A stretch of DNA of 64,000 nucleotides from the NCBI GenBank assembly GCA_951406725.2, contig OX597822.1:75392001-75456000 (forward strand). Reading direction: 5' to 3'. Each line of letters opens with the position of its first letter. Within the stretch, counting starts at the first letter, position 1. The notes below the pieces were generated by a model that did not search any database, was not told where the DNA came from, and saw only the letters and a list, made by a program, of their open reading frames with translations. Source of the stretch: Octopus vulgaris. Its lineage: Eukaryota. Position numbers and translations under genes: made by a program. This document shows positions 12,151 through 25,883 of this stretch, piece by piece.

Positions 12151-12444
12151 CATCTCTCTCTCTTTCTCTCTTCCTCTCTCTATATCCATCTATCCATATC
12201 CATATATCCATCCATCTATCTATCCACTTGTCTGCTAGTCTGTCTGTTTGTCTGTCTGTCTATGTATGTGTCATGTACGTACGTATATATGTATGTATGC
12301 ATGTATGTCATATATGTATGTATGTATGTATGTATGCATGTATGCATGTATGTAACTATCATTGTCCCTATCTCTGTTCCCCTCTCTCCCTTTCGATCTC
12401 TGTATTTCTCTCCCTCTCCTTCCCCTTCCCTTTTTGGGAGAAGA

Positions 12445-13010
12445 CCCGTACGTGAATTCATGAGATGGAATCAATAGATGTGACAAGAAGAGAGTTGGGT
12501 TTCTCTTGCTGTCTTCCTTGAATTCTTACCGGTGGCCTTTGATAATTACATGATCGAATTCAGGATGCAATGAGATATATATATATATCTGCCAGAACTC
12601 TGCCTTTCTTTCATCTGCAACTCCAAACGGACAGAAATTCGAGAAGAGGTCCTTCCAGGCCAAACATACATAAATCGGCGCATTATTGTATGTTTGACCA
12701 GGGTATTTCATCTAAAGCTGAGTAAGATGATGGATTTAATCACTAAGAACTAAATATCTGGTCAAGTCAGCTTTCAAATGGACACCACTGGATGTAAGAA
12801 AAAGCTTTGTCACATGCACAATCAAATTGCTGCTATGATAATAGCTGCAACAAAGCCCCTTCTGTATTCTTAAGTCTGTGACGATTCATGGTTCCTGTAG
12901 ATCCATCAGTAAGAATCCACCTTGTATGGAAGATTACAAATATATCATGTGGTTTCCAAGACCATTTTGACAAAGAAACTCAGAAGAAGATGGTTATCTT
13001 TCCTCTAAAC
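12445..13010 (+). pseudogene. Helitron RepHel (Rep/HUH region) relic with stops and frameshifts
   Basis: Collinear motifs LP*ILTGGL**LHDRIQDAMRY / CLSFICNSKRTEIREEVLPGQ...LTRVFHLKLSKMMDLITK / ISGQVSFQMDTTG..LSHAQ / LKSVTIHGSCRSISKNPPCMED....FPRPF..ETQ.EDGY. These match the Helitron consensus LPSSFTGGPRYM..QDAM, FITFTCNPKW.EI...LLPGQ..RVF.LK, EWQKRGLPHAH and MIHGPCG..N..SPCM. May extend to about 13250. Confidence 0.88.
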
Positions 13011-13486
13011 ACTAACTCGTCACAAATAATGCACCCATTTGTAACTCTGCCAATGATTCCAAAACCGACCAAGTTCTTAAGACATGCTCAATGTTTGTCT
13101 AAAATGAATGCATAGAGGCAAGAGAAATCTGTGAAAGAGCTGGGCAAGACACTGCAAGACTTGCGTGAAAATAGATCTCAAATAAGAGGAATATAAATAG
13201 TGTTGTGAGCTTTGGCCAAGTACGGTCAATGATCCCAAAGAATTAAATATGTCCTTTTTTAAAATGATAGGATGGTTAGGATTTGAAAGAGATTTAACTG
13301 ACGTATCTAGCATTTCACGTGACCTCATAGAAGCTTTCTCAATGGCTGATTCAATGTGGTTGATGGTAATGATTGTGAAAATTGTCGTTGTTGTGAAACA
13401 TCACGTCGACTGTGATGAATTAATCCTATAATCAAATACAATCCATACGTGACCTTCCTGTTTTGGGGGTTTAGCTTCGATTGCAG

Positions 13487-13808
13487 TGAAGGTGCATGGC
13501 TCAGTGGTCAGGGTATTTGGCTCGCGATCGTTAGGTCGTGAGTTCGATACCAGGCGGCACGATATGTCTTGGAGCAAGACAATTTATTTCACGTTGCTCC
13601 AGTCCACTCAGCTGGCAAAAGCCAGTTGTACCTGTAATTCAAAACGGCCAATATTGTCACATTCTGTATCACGCTGAATCACTCTAAGAACTCCGTTAAG
13701 ATGTACGCGTGTCTGCGGAGTGTTCAGCCACTTGCACGTTCGATTCACGAGCAGATGTTCCGTTGATCAGGTCACCTGGAACACTCGTCGTCGAAACCGA
13801 CGGAGGGC
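13487..13808 (+). mobile_element. family B SINE with CORE-like segment
   Basis: Head GAAGGTGCATGGCTCAGTGGTCAGGGTATTTGGCTCGCGATCGTTAGGTCGTGAGTTCGATACC, then GAGCAAGACAATTTATTTCACGTTGCTCCAGTCCACTCAGCTGGCAAAA. Confidence 0.85.
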
Positions 13809-13984
13809 CAATTGCGTGGATTACATTATATAATTTGCTCTTCCTATTTCTAAAACGTTCTGGGTTTGCTTTGAGAGAAATATTTGACTGCTGTTTCTAG
13901 CAGAGCCGTAGGTCGTTGGTAGATGATGGCGATTTGGCACTAAGCGCTTGATGGGTGTGTATCCGAAGAAGCAGTGGCTCAAGT

Positions 13985-14885
13985 GATAGTTGTGGTGGTC
14001 ATGGCGGTGGCGATCCTCTGATGATAGAGCAATGGTTGTAGTGTTTGGTAAGGATGGTGATGGCATTGGTATCAATTGTGGTGCTGCCGATGGTTGTAAT
14101 GGTATTACTGCTCATTGTGATGCTGGCGGTGGACTTGGTGTTAGCAGTGGTGCTCCTTGTAGTGGTGGAGGTAACGTTGGTGGCGCTGGTTTTCTTGGTG
14201 GTGCCGCTGATGGCAGGGAGCTGGTGATCACTGTATTGATGGTGGTGGTGGCGGTGATGGTTGTGGTGGCAGTGGTGTAACTGATAATGATGGTGGTGGT
14301 GTTGGTGGTAGGGTTGATGACGACAATAATAATGGCAATGGTACATACAGGTGGTTGCTGTTTATGTTCTTATTTATTTGATCAGACCCACTGTCAAAAT
14401 CAATCCATCGGTGACCATCCAGTCATTTTATATATTTTGCTTAATATATATATTATCAACAGTTGTGGTGGTGGTCGTGGCTGGTGGTGGTACTGACTGT
14501 GGCTGTGCATGTGCTTGTAATGATGGTTGTGGTGTTTGTGGTCGTAGGGGCGATGGTGGAGGTAGTTATAACAGTGAGTGTATGGTGGTGGAAGTGGCGG
14601 TGGTGTTTGTAATGGTGGTGGAAGTGGTGGTAACGGTTGTGAATTGGTGGGGCGGCGGTGATAATAATGGTAGTGGTGGTAGAGTTGGGGTGTGGTGACG
14701 GTGGTGGTGGAGTTGGGGTATAGTGATGGTGGTGTCGATGGTTGCAACGGTGGTGGAGTCGGGGTGTGACGATGGTAGTAGTGATATGGTGGTGGCAGTG
14801 ATGGTGATGGAGTTGGGTGTGGTGATGGTAGTAGTGACGGTAGTGGTTATAGTGGTGGCGGTAAGCATCATGATCGTAGTGGTCG
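13985..14885. repeat. long degenerate (GGT)n low-complexity tract
   Basis: About 900 bp of GGT/GAT/GCT triplets with one short unique interruption (about 14350-14460). Confidence 0.9.
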
Positions 14886-15184
14886 CCATTATCGAGAAGG
14901 ATGGGGCGAAACCCAAATTTTTCCTCATTATACACTGAAGAGGGGAATTGCTACGATACGCACTCTTGAACAGGATTCACTGGGGCGTAACGAAGTGTTT
15001 TCTTAATCAGTTTGCCGTGGTTCGAATGAGAAATGTCATCTATCGATCTATCGATCAAGCAGAAGAAAATGCAATTAGAAGAAATCAGCTTCATTATTTT
15101 TCATATTGTTCATCGTTATTTATTTCCTCCACCCTCCAACCCACACACCCCTTCCCCAACCCACCCTCCCCCACCTTCACGATG

Positions 15185-15234
15185 CACGTGATCGCCCGCA
15201 CCGCGACCACCCGACCACTGCCGTCACCACCACC

Positions 15235-15279
<45 letters not shown>

Positions 15280-15385
15280 GTCGTCGTTGTCGTCGTCATC
15301 GTTGTCGTCGTCATCGTTGTCGTCGTCATTATCATCATCATCATCATCGTCATCGTTGTCGTCATCATCATCATCGTCATAGTTG

Positions 15386-15447
<62 letters not shown>

Positions 15448-16435
15448 GTCATCGTCAGTAGTGGATATCGAAGATTTCGAATATCAAAGCCGATTTGAAA
15501 TACTTTTCTTTATTTGTTTTGTTTTTTTGTCTTTTTTTTTTGGTGTTTTAATCATTTTTCTTTTATTTCATAATATTTCTTTTTTTCATTTCTACTTCTC
15601 TATGTATGCTATCGATTTATTCGTTCTTCATTCGTTTTTCTTAATTCTCTTATTCATTTATTCATTTATTATTTCAAGGGTGTGGGGTTTCAATTTTGTG
15701 TTTCTTTGTTTCTCAGCAGTTTCGCTGTTAATTATTATTTTTGCTGTTGCTGTTGTTGTTGTTGTTGTTGCTCTTCGTTGCTCCTTTTGCCTTGGCTCTT
15801 CTTGTACATATTATCTCTTTCTTTCTGTTATATATTCTACCGTTTTCTTAAATTCTGTATCATTTTATTCTTTTTTTTTCTTTTGCGGTAATTTTTTTAA
15901 ATCGTTATTTAGAAAAAATAAAAACAAATTGGGTAATACTACTTCATTTAAATCTATTTTCCGGTTTTGCTTTATATAGTTTGTCAGATTTTCTTCTTGC
16001 TCTCGCGTTTTTCTTCTTGCTCTCGCGTTTCTTCTTCTTCTTCTTCTTCTTCTTCTTCTTCTTCTTCTTCTTCTCAACCTCCTCCTCCTCCTCCACCTCC
16101 TCCTCCGCTCCCTCTTGTCTCCTCTGCTCCCTCCTCCTCCTCCTCCTCCTCCTCCTCCACCTCCTCTGCTTCTTCTTCTTCTTCTTCTTCTCTTTCTCCT
16201 CTTTCTCCTTCTCCTCCTCCTCCTCCTTCTTCTTCTTCTTCTTCTTCTTCTTCTACTTCTTCTTCTCTTTCTCCTCCTCCTCCTCCGCTCCCCCAACACT
16301 CCTCCGCTCTCCTCTTCCCCCCTCTTGTCTCCTTTACTCCCTCCTCCTCTACATCTTCTCCGTCTTCTCTTTCTTTCTTCTTCTCTTTCTTCTTCTTCTT
16401 CTTCTTCTTCTTCTTCTTCTTCTTCTTCTTCTCCT
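15185..16435. repeat. compound (CAC)n/(CAT)n/(CGT)n tract and (CTT)n/(CCT)n polypyrimidine tract
   Basis: Triplet arrays at 15185-15455 and 16030-16435, with a T-rich spacer between them. Confidence 0.9.
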
Positions 16436-16439
16436 TAAG

Positions 16440-16718
16440 TATTTTATCTTGTACACTTCACTTGTCACATGCATTGGACTGCGGTCATGCTGGAGCTCCA
16501 CATAGAACTATTGCAACCCCCACCCCAAACTCGATCCCAATGTTTGTTTCTTTTCCCCTTTTATTAAGCTTGTCGGTCTCTTTTATCGAACCGCTATATT
16601 ACTCTATATTAAGCAAAGCAATAATGGATGTGAAGTAGCAGCAGGGTGTGTGTGACGAATATAGATAGAAAGACACAAAGACACATACATAGACTGATAC
16701 GTACACATACACATACAT

Positions 16719-16783
<65 letters not shown>

Positions 16784-17020
16784 TGTATATATGTATGCAT
16801 GTATGTATGTATATATATATATATATATATATATACACGTTCACACACGTACACATTTGATGGGTTCACACACACTTTCTCTCAACCAAATTCACTCACA
16901 AGAAATTGGTGGCCCAGGGCTATAACAAAATTTCACTTGTCCAAGGTACTGCGCAGCAGTACTGAATCCGAAACCACATGGCTTCAAAACGAGCTTCTTA
17001 ACCATCCAGCCATGACTGCC
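16440..17020 (-). mobile_element. family C SINE with internal microsatellite
   Basis: CATTGGACTGCGGTCATGCTGGAGC...TCGGTCTCTTT...microsatellite...CCAAATTCACTCACAAG...CACTTGTCCAAGGTACTGCGCAG...GAAACCACATGG. Confidence 0.75.
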
Positions 17021-17359
17021 CCGACTCGGAACTCTCAACAAAACTGTCTTCTGGGTGGACCATCTCTGTTTATCGCTCCAATTATTTCTGCTTCCTAAAT
17101 TTTCAATTTCTTTTTCTCACGCACTTGCCAATTGTTGCTTAAAATTTCATATCTCCTTGTACTTGAATTTAACATGGAGCACTCACACTTGTAAAATCCC
17201 TAGCGTCTTTTTGTACTCAATAATTGCATTTATATTGAAAATCACATTTCTTCGATTTCTCTTTGAAATATATGACTCATAAAACCGGTTTTCTCGTTTC
17301 CTCGGTGTATGAATGGCCAAGGTCACGATACTCCCTCGGAATTGGAGGCCGGTCGGTAG

Positions 17360-19085
17360 CAGGCTAGCAATTTTGAAAGGGGGCTGGGGAAACAAGTCGA
17401 ATACATCGACTCCAGTACTAGACTAGAACTTCATTTAATCGACCACGAAGGGATGACAAGCAAAGTTGACCTCGAGGGGGGGGTTCATCTGAGAACGTGA
17501 AGAACAGGCTGCGTAGTAAGAAGCTTGCCTTCAAACTACGTGATCTCAGGTTCAGTTCCACTGCGTGGCACCTTCGGTAGGTGTCCTCTGTTATGGCCCT
17601 GGTTCAACCAAGGCCTTGTGAGTAGATTTGATAGATGGAAACTGAAAGAAGCTGAAAGAATTAGCCGGGCGAAATGCTTAGCGGTATTTTGTCTGCCGTT
17701 ACGTTCTGAGTTCAAATTCCGCCGAGGTCGACTTTGCCTTTCACCCTTTCGGAGTCGATAAATTAAGTACCAATTACGCACTGGGGTCGATGTAATCGAC
17801 TTAATCCCTTTGTCTGTCCTTGTTTGTCCCCTCTATGTGTAACCCCTTGTGGGCAATAAAGAAATAGAAAACTGAAGGAAACTGATCGTCTCCATATATA
17901 TGTGTGTGTGTGAGTTGGTGTCTGTTTTTGTGATCGTTCCCACCACTCCTTGAAAACCGGTGCTGGTTTGTTTACGTCCCCATAACTTATCATCCCGCTA
18001 GGTTCGGTAAAAAGAGATGATAAAATAATAATATATATAAAAAAAGGAAAGTTCCTTCCCGAGTCATATAGACTCATAAGGGCCGGTTTCCCGGTTTCCA
18101 TGGCGAGTATATTTCCCACCTGGGGGCTTACTCATTTTTGCCAGCTGAGTGGACTGGAGCAACATGAAATGAAGTGTCTTGCTCAAGAAAACAAGGCATT
18201 GCTCGGTCCAGGAATTGAAACCACAATCTTAGAATCATGAGTCCAACACCCGAACCACTAAGCTATGTGCCTCCGCAGCAATGTGAAATGAAGTGTTTTG
18301 CTCAAGAACACAATGCATTCCCGGTCCAGCAATTAAAACCACAATCTTACAATCATGAGTCCAATACCCTAACCACTAAGCCATACACCTCCACAGAAAT
18401 GTGAAATGAAGTGTTATGCTTAAGAACACAATGCATCGCCCGGTCCGGGAATCGAAACCACAATCTCATGATCATGAGTCCAACATCCCTGGATGGAAGC
18501 ACTCCATCGGTTACGACGACGAGGGTTCCGGTTGATGCGATCAACGGAACAGCCTGCTCGTGAAATTAATGTGTAAGTGGCTGAGCACTCCACAGACACG
18601 TGTACCCTTAACATAGTTCTCGGGGATATTCAGCGTGACACAGAGAGTGACAAGGCCGGCCCTTTGAAATACAGGTACAACAGAAACAGGAAGTAAGAGT
18701 GAGAGAAAGTTGTGGTGAAAGAGTACAGCAGGGATCACCACCATCCCTGCCGGAACTTCGTGGAGCTTTAGATGTTTTCGCTCAATAAACACTCACAACA
18801 CCGCGATCCTACGACCGCGAGTCCGCTGCCCTAACCACTGGGCCATTGCACCTCCACCCAACATCCCTAACCACTAGGCTAAAGCTATGAGCCTACACGA
18901 CGACGGAATAAGCACTAAGAACTGAAGAGTAGTGGAGTCGACTCGTTCTACTAATTTCTTCAAGGCGGTGCCCCAGCATAGCCGTAGTTCGATTACTGAA
19001 ACAAACAGAAGATAAAAAAAAAAAAATCAAAGATAATCGGAAGAGATGCTGCTAAGAATTTTGCCGGTCGATTCTGTCAGCTCAC
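17360..19085. mobile_element. nested SINE stack: family C (+) interrupted by family A (+) and by a tandem array of family B heads (-)
   Basis: C head 17510-17652, A 17660-17868, C middle 17870-18025, B stack 18043-18895 (repeated GAAACCACAATCT...ATCATGAGTCCAA), C tail 18900-19020. Family A fragments (-) flank the stack. Confidence 0.85.
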
Positions 19086-19522
19086 CGATTTTCTTTAAAC
19101 CTCACGATTGCTTCTGTATTCACAAGTAATAAATTGCTAATAAGACTAAAATGCTGCGGAAACGATCTGGCGGAAACGTTACCGGCCGGGCAATGTTCTT
19201 TCTGTCATTTCTTCAAGTTATATGTTCTGAGTTCAAATTCTGCCGCAGTCGATTTTATTTACTACTTTTTTTAAAAATTTGAAACCGATAAAAGAAAAAA
19301 CTATATGTGGTCATGCTTGCAATTTGAACTCGAACCTACAAAATTTGGTTTCCTGCTTATATTGATTAAAATTAAAAAATAGGAACGACTAAGAACGAAA
19401 GAAAGAGACAGAGGTTGGCGAAGGCAAGTAAGGAGTGGTATTAATATGGAAGACAGAGATAGAGAGAGAGAGAGAGACAAGGAGAGGAAAACACGATAGA
19501 GAGAGATAGAGAGATAGAGTGA

Positions 19523-19555
<33 letters not shown>

Positions 19556-19942
19556 TTAGAGAGAGAGAGAGAGGGGGAAGAGAAAAGCAGATGGATAAAT
19601 TAAAAATGATGAGAGTAAGAGAGGGGAAGAGAGATAAAAGTATAAAGAATGTAGAGGAGTGAAAGATATATTGACAGTATTAGATACATAGATAGAAAAA
19701 GAGAGACAGAGAGGGGGAGAGAGCGAAACAGACAGACAGGCAGACAGAAGAGAGAGGAAGACGAGAAGCGGCAAAACTTTCAGAGCAGCAAAACACAGGG
19801 GTTCAGCACTGTGGTAGGAGGGGAGAGGCAGTCAATAGAATATAACCGTAGCTACAACTGGAAGAGGAGGAAAGTAAGAGGGATACACATACATACACAA
19901 ATACGTACACACTGGCATACAAACCGCCTCAGACACACACAC

Positions 19943-20005
<63 letters not shown>

Positions 20006-20261
20006 TGTGTTTGTGTGTGCGCGAGCGTGTGTATATATATAAATGTATGTATGAATGTATGCGTGCATATTAAAAAAGAAATATTTTTTTTGCTATTTGT
20101 TACAAAGTTATTCTCAAAGGTGACCTTCACAGATGGTGGACTCTGTGTGCTTGTCAAGCATGATTGAAGTCGTAATCTTCATGCTCTATCCGTGTGTGCA
20201 CCTTTATTCCAATGAATATCTCTTCTGTGTTCATTGTGCATGCTCTTTTTTCTTCATCTCT

Positions 20262-20333
20262 TTCATCACCATCATTCATCATCATTATCATCATCATCAT
20301 CGTCGTCGTCGTCGTCGTCGTCGTCGTCATCAC

Positions 20334-20368
<35 letters not shown>

Positions 20369-20600
20369 ATATTGCTGTAGTTGTTGTTGTTATTTTTATG
20401 ATATGTCGGTTAGTTGCACTGTTGCATGCTTTGTTACATTCAATCTTTAAAATGTGCGCTCAATATCGACGTCACCAACACCACCACCACCACCACCACC
20501 ACCACCACCACCACCACCACCACCACCACCACCACCACCACCACCACCATCACCACTACCACCGACGCCACCGTTATTATCACCAACTTTGTTATCATTT
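20262..20600. repeat. (CAT)n/(CGT)n and (CAC)n microsatellites
   Basis: Read directly from the sequence. Confidence 0.95.
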
Positions 20601-21354
20601 TCATCGTCATTATTTCTACCCTCCTCATTATCACTCATCAGGTTCATCATTTATTTTATAATCCACATCATTATTCCCATATCTTTTTTTTACTTAATTT
20701 TAGTCGATCATATTTTCCTTCTTGCTTTTCTTCTCTCAAATTCTTGCTCTTTTTTTCTGATATCTCAATATCCTTGTTATTGTTGCAGTTGTACAATTTT
20801 CCTACTTTTTCTTCCTGCTTCTGTTATTTACTACAATGTTTTCAACAGTTTTATGCCAGCTTCTATTGCAGCTGCAGGATTACTTTCATATCTCCTAAAT
20901 GTCCTCAAGCACTTTACAGTCCCAGTTTCTTCCCTCGCACCTGTGAACTTTGAAATTCCATTCCACAGTCTTGTTTTCCTCTTCAGTCTAATGTACATCG
21001 TCACCAATTGACATCTGTCTAGCGTCCATTTTATTTTAGTAGCTCTTAAGCTTTCAGTGGTCTAAGGACCTTGTAACGAGCGAATGCTTTAAAAAATAAA
21101 ATTAATAAAATATCCCTGACGTATGTGCAGTAATGTCAAAATAAAATCCCCCCCCCCCAAAAAAAAACAACAACCTATTCCGAACGCTTACAAAAGAGTG
21201 AGACTCGTTAAACGCAACCGGGAACCAGGTGTTGGTGTTAAATGGGCGGCGGATTAAATTTACAGTCAAAGAACGCATAGCATAAATGTCTGAAACAGAT
21301 ACCACAAAGCATCTTGTCCAACACGTTTACAATTCCGGAAACCCACTGCCCTGG

Positions 21355-21800
21355 ACTGCATAGCTTAAGGATAGGGGTGTTTCACTCATGATTGTGAGAT
21401 TGTGGTTTTGATTCTTGGGCCGAGCGAGGCGTTGTGTTCTCGAGTAAAAACTGCATTTCATGTTGTTCCAGTTCATTCTGCTGTAAATGGGTAAAACTCC
21501 AAAACTTCTTATCAAATACGTTTACAATTTTTACAATTCCGGCGAGTCACCGCTCTGGACTGCGCGGCCGATTGGTCAGGTTATTGCACTCACGGTTGCG
21601 AGATTGTGGTTTTGATTCTCCGACTGGGCGGTGTGTTGTGTTCTTGGGCAAAACACTTCATCCCATGTTGTTCCATTGTACTCAACTGTAAATGGATAAG
21701 CCTATGACGGACTGAAATGCCATTCAGGAGGAATGTTGTAATCTCGGTCACTTATACACCCATGGAAATCTGATTAATCGGCAGCCTTATGAGTCCTAGT
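21355..21800 (+). mobile_element. two degraded family B/CORE-like SINE copies
   Basis: GAGATTGTGGTTTTGATTCT...GTGTTCTTGGGCAAAACACTTCAT...CTGTAAATGG occurs twice. Confidence 0.75.
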
Positions 21801-21929
21801 TCTTCGGAGACCACATATGAACTTGTATTTCTACTGAAATTCTGAACATGAATTCTGCACCTCTACGAACAACGACATCAGCTATGGCATCTGCATTATC
21901 CGATGCGCTTACATTCCTAGTCAAATTTA

Positions 21930-22085
21930 CAGGCAGGACCTTTGGGCCGCAGGTAGAAGATTGCTTTGCTCGCTGGAATGTTACGTCTGACCGTCAAATA
22001 TGGTCAGCGTTCGCGAGGGACGTGGTGAACTCGATGGTCAGAGCCAGCTTAAGCCACCCTGGGTGAATGTACAAGTAAGTAGGTA
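21930..22085 (+). pseudogene. RTE-clade LINE extreme 3' end
   Basis: TSDRQIWSAFARDVVNSMVRASLSHPG* followed by a TACAAGTAAGTA tail. Resembles RTE termini of the DRRAWSA..RDVVNSIG..RPG type. Confidence 0.65.
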
Positions 22086-22124
22086 CTTGTGAGCGCTAAG
22101 GCACGAGTAGTACTAACTGTTCTA

Positions 22125-22682
22125 GACTGGTACTTAATTTTACCGACCCCGACAGGATGAAAGGCAATGTTGACCTCGGCGGGTCACACAATGACAGGAA
22201 TATAAAATTCAAGTTATTTTGTCCTACACTCAAGCGACTCTGCGTTTCATGTTGTTCCAGTTCATTCTGCTGTGAATGGATAAAAAGCCAGCAATTTTGA
22301 GATCAAAAGGAACTCATGTTTTCGAACTGAAAGGATGAAAGGAGAAGTCGATTTCAGTTGCATTTCAACTAAGATCGTAAAGACGGACGAAATGTCGCTA
22401 AGCATTTTGCCCGGCTTGCTAACGATTCTTCCAGCTCACATGGCCAGCAATTTGGGGCGGGGGAAGGAGCAAATCAATAACATCAGTACTCAACTGCTAC
22501 TTATTTCATCACCCTCCCCCTTTTCCCCTCAGGATGCAAGGCACAGTCGACCTCGGCGGCATTTGAACTCAGAATGTAAAGACGGACGAAATATCACTAA
22601 GCATTTTGCCCGGCTTGCTAACGATTCTGCCAGTTCACAGGGCCAGCAATTTGGGGGAAGGAACAAATCAATCACATCGATT
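22125..22682 (-). mobile_element. cluster of family A SINE fragments
   Basis: Repeated GGATGAAAGGCAA..GACCTCGGCGG, ATTTGAACTCAGAA, CTAAGCATTTTGCCCGG and ACGATTCTGCCAG motifs. Confidence 0.8.
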
Positions 22683-23393
22683 ATGTAACTATGTGATGTT
22701 TTATTTATTTGCAGATTGATTCTGTAGAGCATTTTATTATTCTTTTGCTTGCTGGGTCTCGAGGAAGGCGCAATAGCCAGAGACTGTTTAGCGAGGCGGG
22801 TGTTGACTTACAAAGTTCCAAGAGGTCGTTGATCGAACGATGACTCGTATTCCAGTGACCCATAACACAATATCCACCACGCCTACCACATTTGATAGAG
22901 TTTGAAGCAGATTTGGTTGTTATTTCATGTAAATCGAGTGACTGCGTACAGACTTCTGTACTGGCTCGTTGTTGATTTTGTTATGGTTTTTGATAACGCT
23001 CTTATTATTAGATCAATAGTGAAATAAAGTAGACGAGAGCCGTACGTGATTCCCTTGTGCAATTTAGAAAGGGATTTTGAACGCTGTGAGTTCAAATGTA
23101 ACGAGGGACGATTTTATCTTTCGTCCTTCCAGATCAGATAACCTTAACATCAGTCGTATACGATAATCACGTTAGTCAATTGTACCCACTGTAGCAGAAG
23201 AAACAGCAGCGGTAGCAGTTGTAGTAGCAACGGCCGTGAATGAGGGAGCCTCTGTCTGCTAGAAATAAAAACCAAATCACACCCAGATTGCACAATCCCA
23301 TCTTAAAAAAAAAAATTAGAGGATACAATGACTATTGTAGTTGGTGTGTTTACGGTGGGGAAGTCTTTGAAAATTTGAAGTCGATATTTATTC

Positions 23394-24480
23394 CTGGCAG
23401 AATCGTTAGCACGCTTAGCGTCATTTCGTCCATTCTCATGTTCTGAGTTCGAATTCCGCCGTGGTCGACTTTGCCTTTTATCCTTTTCGGGAATCAATAA
23501 ATTGAGTACCGGTTGAGCACTGTGGTCGATGTAATCGACTTAGCCCCTTCCCCTGAAATTACTGGCTTTGTGTCAGAATTTGAAATCAAAAATGTATTCC
23601 TTATATTATGGTGGCGAGTTGGAAGAATGTTTAGCGAACTGGGAAAAATGCTTAGTAATATTTCGTCTGTCTTTACGTTCTGAGTTCAAATTCCGCCGAG
23701 GTCGACTTTGCCTTTCATCCTTTCGAGGTCGATAAATTAAGTACCAGTTGCGTACTGTGGACAATCTAATCGACTGGTCCCTTCTCCCAAACTTTCGGGC
23801 CTTGTGTTCAGAGCAGAAAGATATTTCGACCGTCTTTACATTCTGAGTTAAAATACTGCCGAGGTCGACTTTGCCCTTCATCCTTTCGGGGTCGATAAAT
23901 TAAGTACCAGTTGCATACTGTGGACAATCTATTCGACTGGTCCCTTCTCCCAAACTTTCGGGCCTTGTGCCCAGAGTAGAAAAGATATTTCGTCCGTCTT
24001 TACATTCTGTGTTCAAATACCTATTTCTTTACTACCCACAAGGGGCCAAACACAGAGAGGACAAACAAGGACACACAAACGGATTATGTCGATTATATCG
24101 ACCCCAGTGCGTAACTGGTACTTATTTAAACGACCCCGAAAGGATGAAAAGCAAAGTCGACCTCGGCGGAATTTGAACTCACAACGTAGCGGCAGACGAA
24201 ATACCGCTAAGCATTTCACGTGCTAACATTTCTTCCACCGCCGAGGTCGACTTTGCGTTGCATCCTGGAGGAAAAGGGTGGGGTGATGAAATAAGTACCA
24301 GTTGAGTACTGATGTGATTGACTTGCTCCTCCCCTAAAATTGCTGGCTCTGTGAGCTGGCAGAATCGTTAGCAGTTCAAATGCAGCCGAGATCGACCCCT
24401 CCTTTCATCCTTTCCGGTCGAAAACATGAGTACCTGTTGATCTCAAAATTGCTGGCTTTTTACCAAAAATTGACACCAGT
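23394..24480. mobile_element. dense family A SINE cluster (tandem + copies with an inverted copy nested at about 24017-24240)
   Basis: At least five Meta-like cores CTTTGCCTTTCATCCTTTCGGGGTCGATAAATTAAGTACCAG, in both orientations. Confidence 0.88.
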
Positions 24481-24527
24481 ATTTATTTCTTCCTTGAGAA
24501 GAGAACCACATCATTTTACTTAATTGT

Positions 24528-24797
24528 CGAGGTGTGTGTCCTAGTGGTTAGGGTGTTTAAATTCGCGATTGTAAAATCGTGATCTCGATTCCCAGACGGG
24601 GCTGTGCGTTGTGTTCTTGAGCAAAACACTTCCTTAAACGCTGCTAATTCATTTAGATATAAACGAGCTCCACTACCAGCTGCGATGATCTGGTGCCCAT
24701 TCAGAAGGGACTTTTCAAATCTCGGTTACTCAAACGCAATGGAAACCAGGTCAAGCTCAGGTCTTATGAGTCCTGGGGCTCATGACAACCCTCGGTA
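24528..24797 (+). mobile_element. family B SINE, degraded
   Basis: CCTAGTGGTTAGGGTGTT...TCTCGATTCCCAGAC...TGTGTTCTTGAGCAAAACACTT...ATGGAAACCAGG...CTTATGAGTCC. Confidence 0.75.
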
Positions 24798-25189
24798 AGT
24801 AATACTTCTTTGGTGCATTTAAAAAAATCGATTTAGGGAAGCTGAAAGTCACATAATGGGATTTGAACTTAAAACGGGAAGAGTCACTACACATTTAGTT
24901 CAACGCTCTGCTGGTTCTGCCATTCTATTTCTCTCCTATCAGCCTTCATATTAACGCAACCAACGTCATTCCCTAACTTATCATTGTAGATTAACAACAT
25001 TCCACTTTAGGAAATATTGAACAATAAATGAGGGTAAATAACAGAGTATACAAATAATATTCTCGTAAAGGGACATAAAAAATAAAATTTCCACTTCGAA
25101 ACGAGCATTAAGAGGAACAAATATGCACGAGATTTCTACATTAGCAGATGACTTATATTGCGATATTTATACATTCATGCACCATGCAT

Positions 25190-25883
<694 letters not shown>

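Noticed and set aside
13990-16638. Overlapping poly-V/H/T/S/P/R ORFs on both strands
   Set aside because: Trinucleotide repeats keep several frames open at once. There is no domain or splice support.
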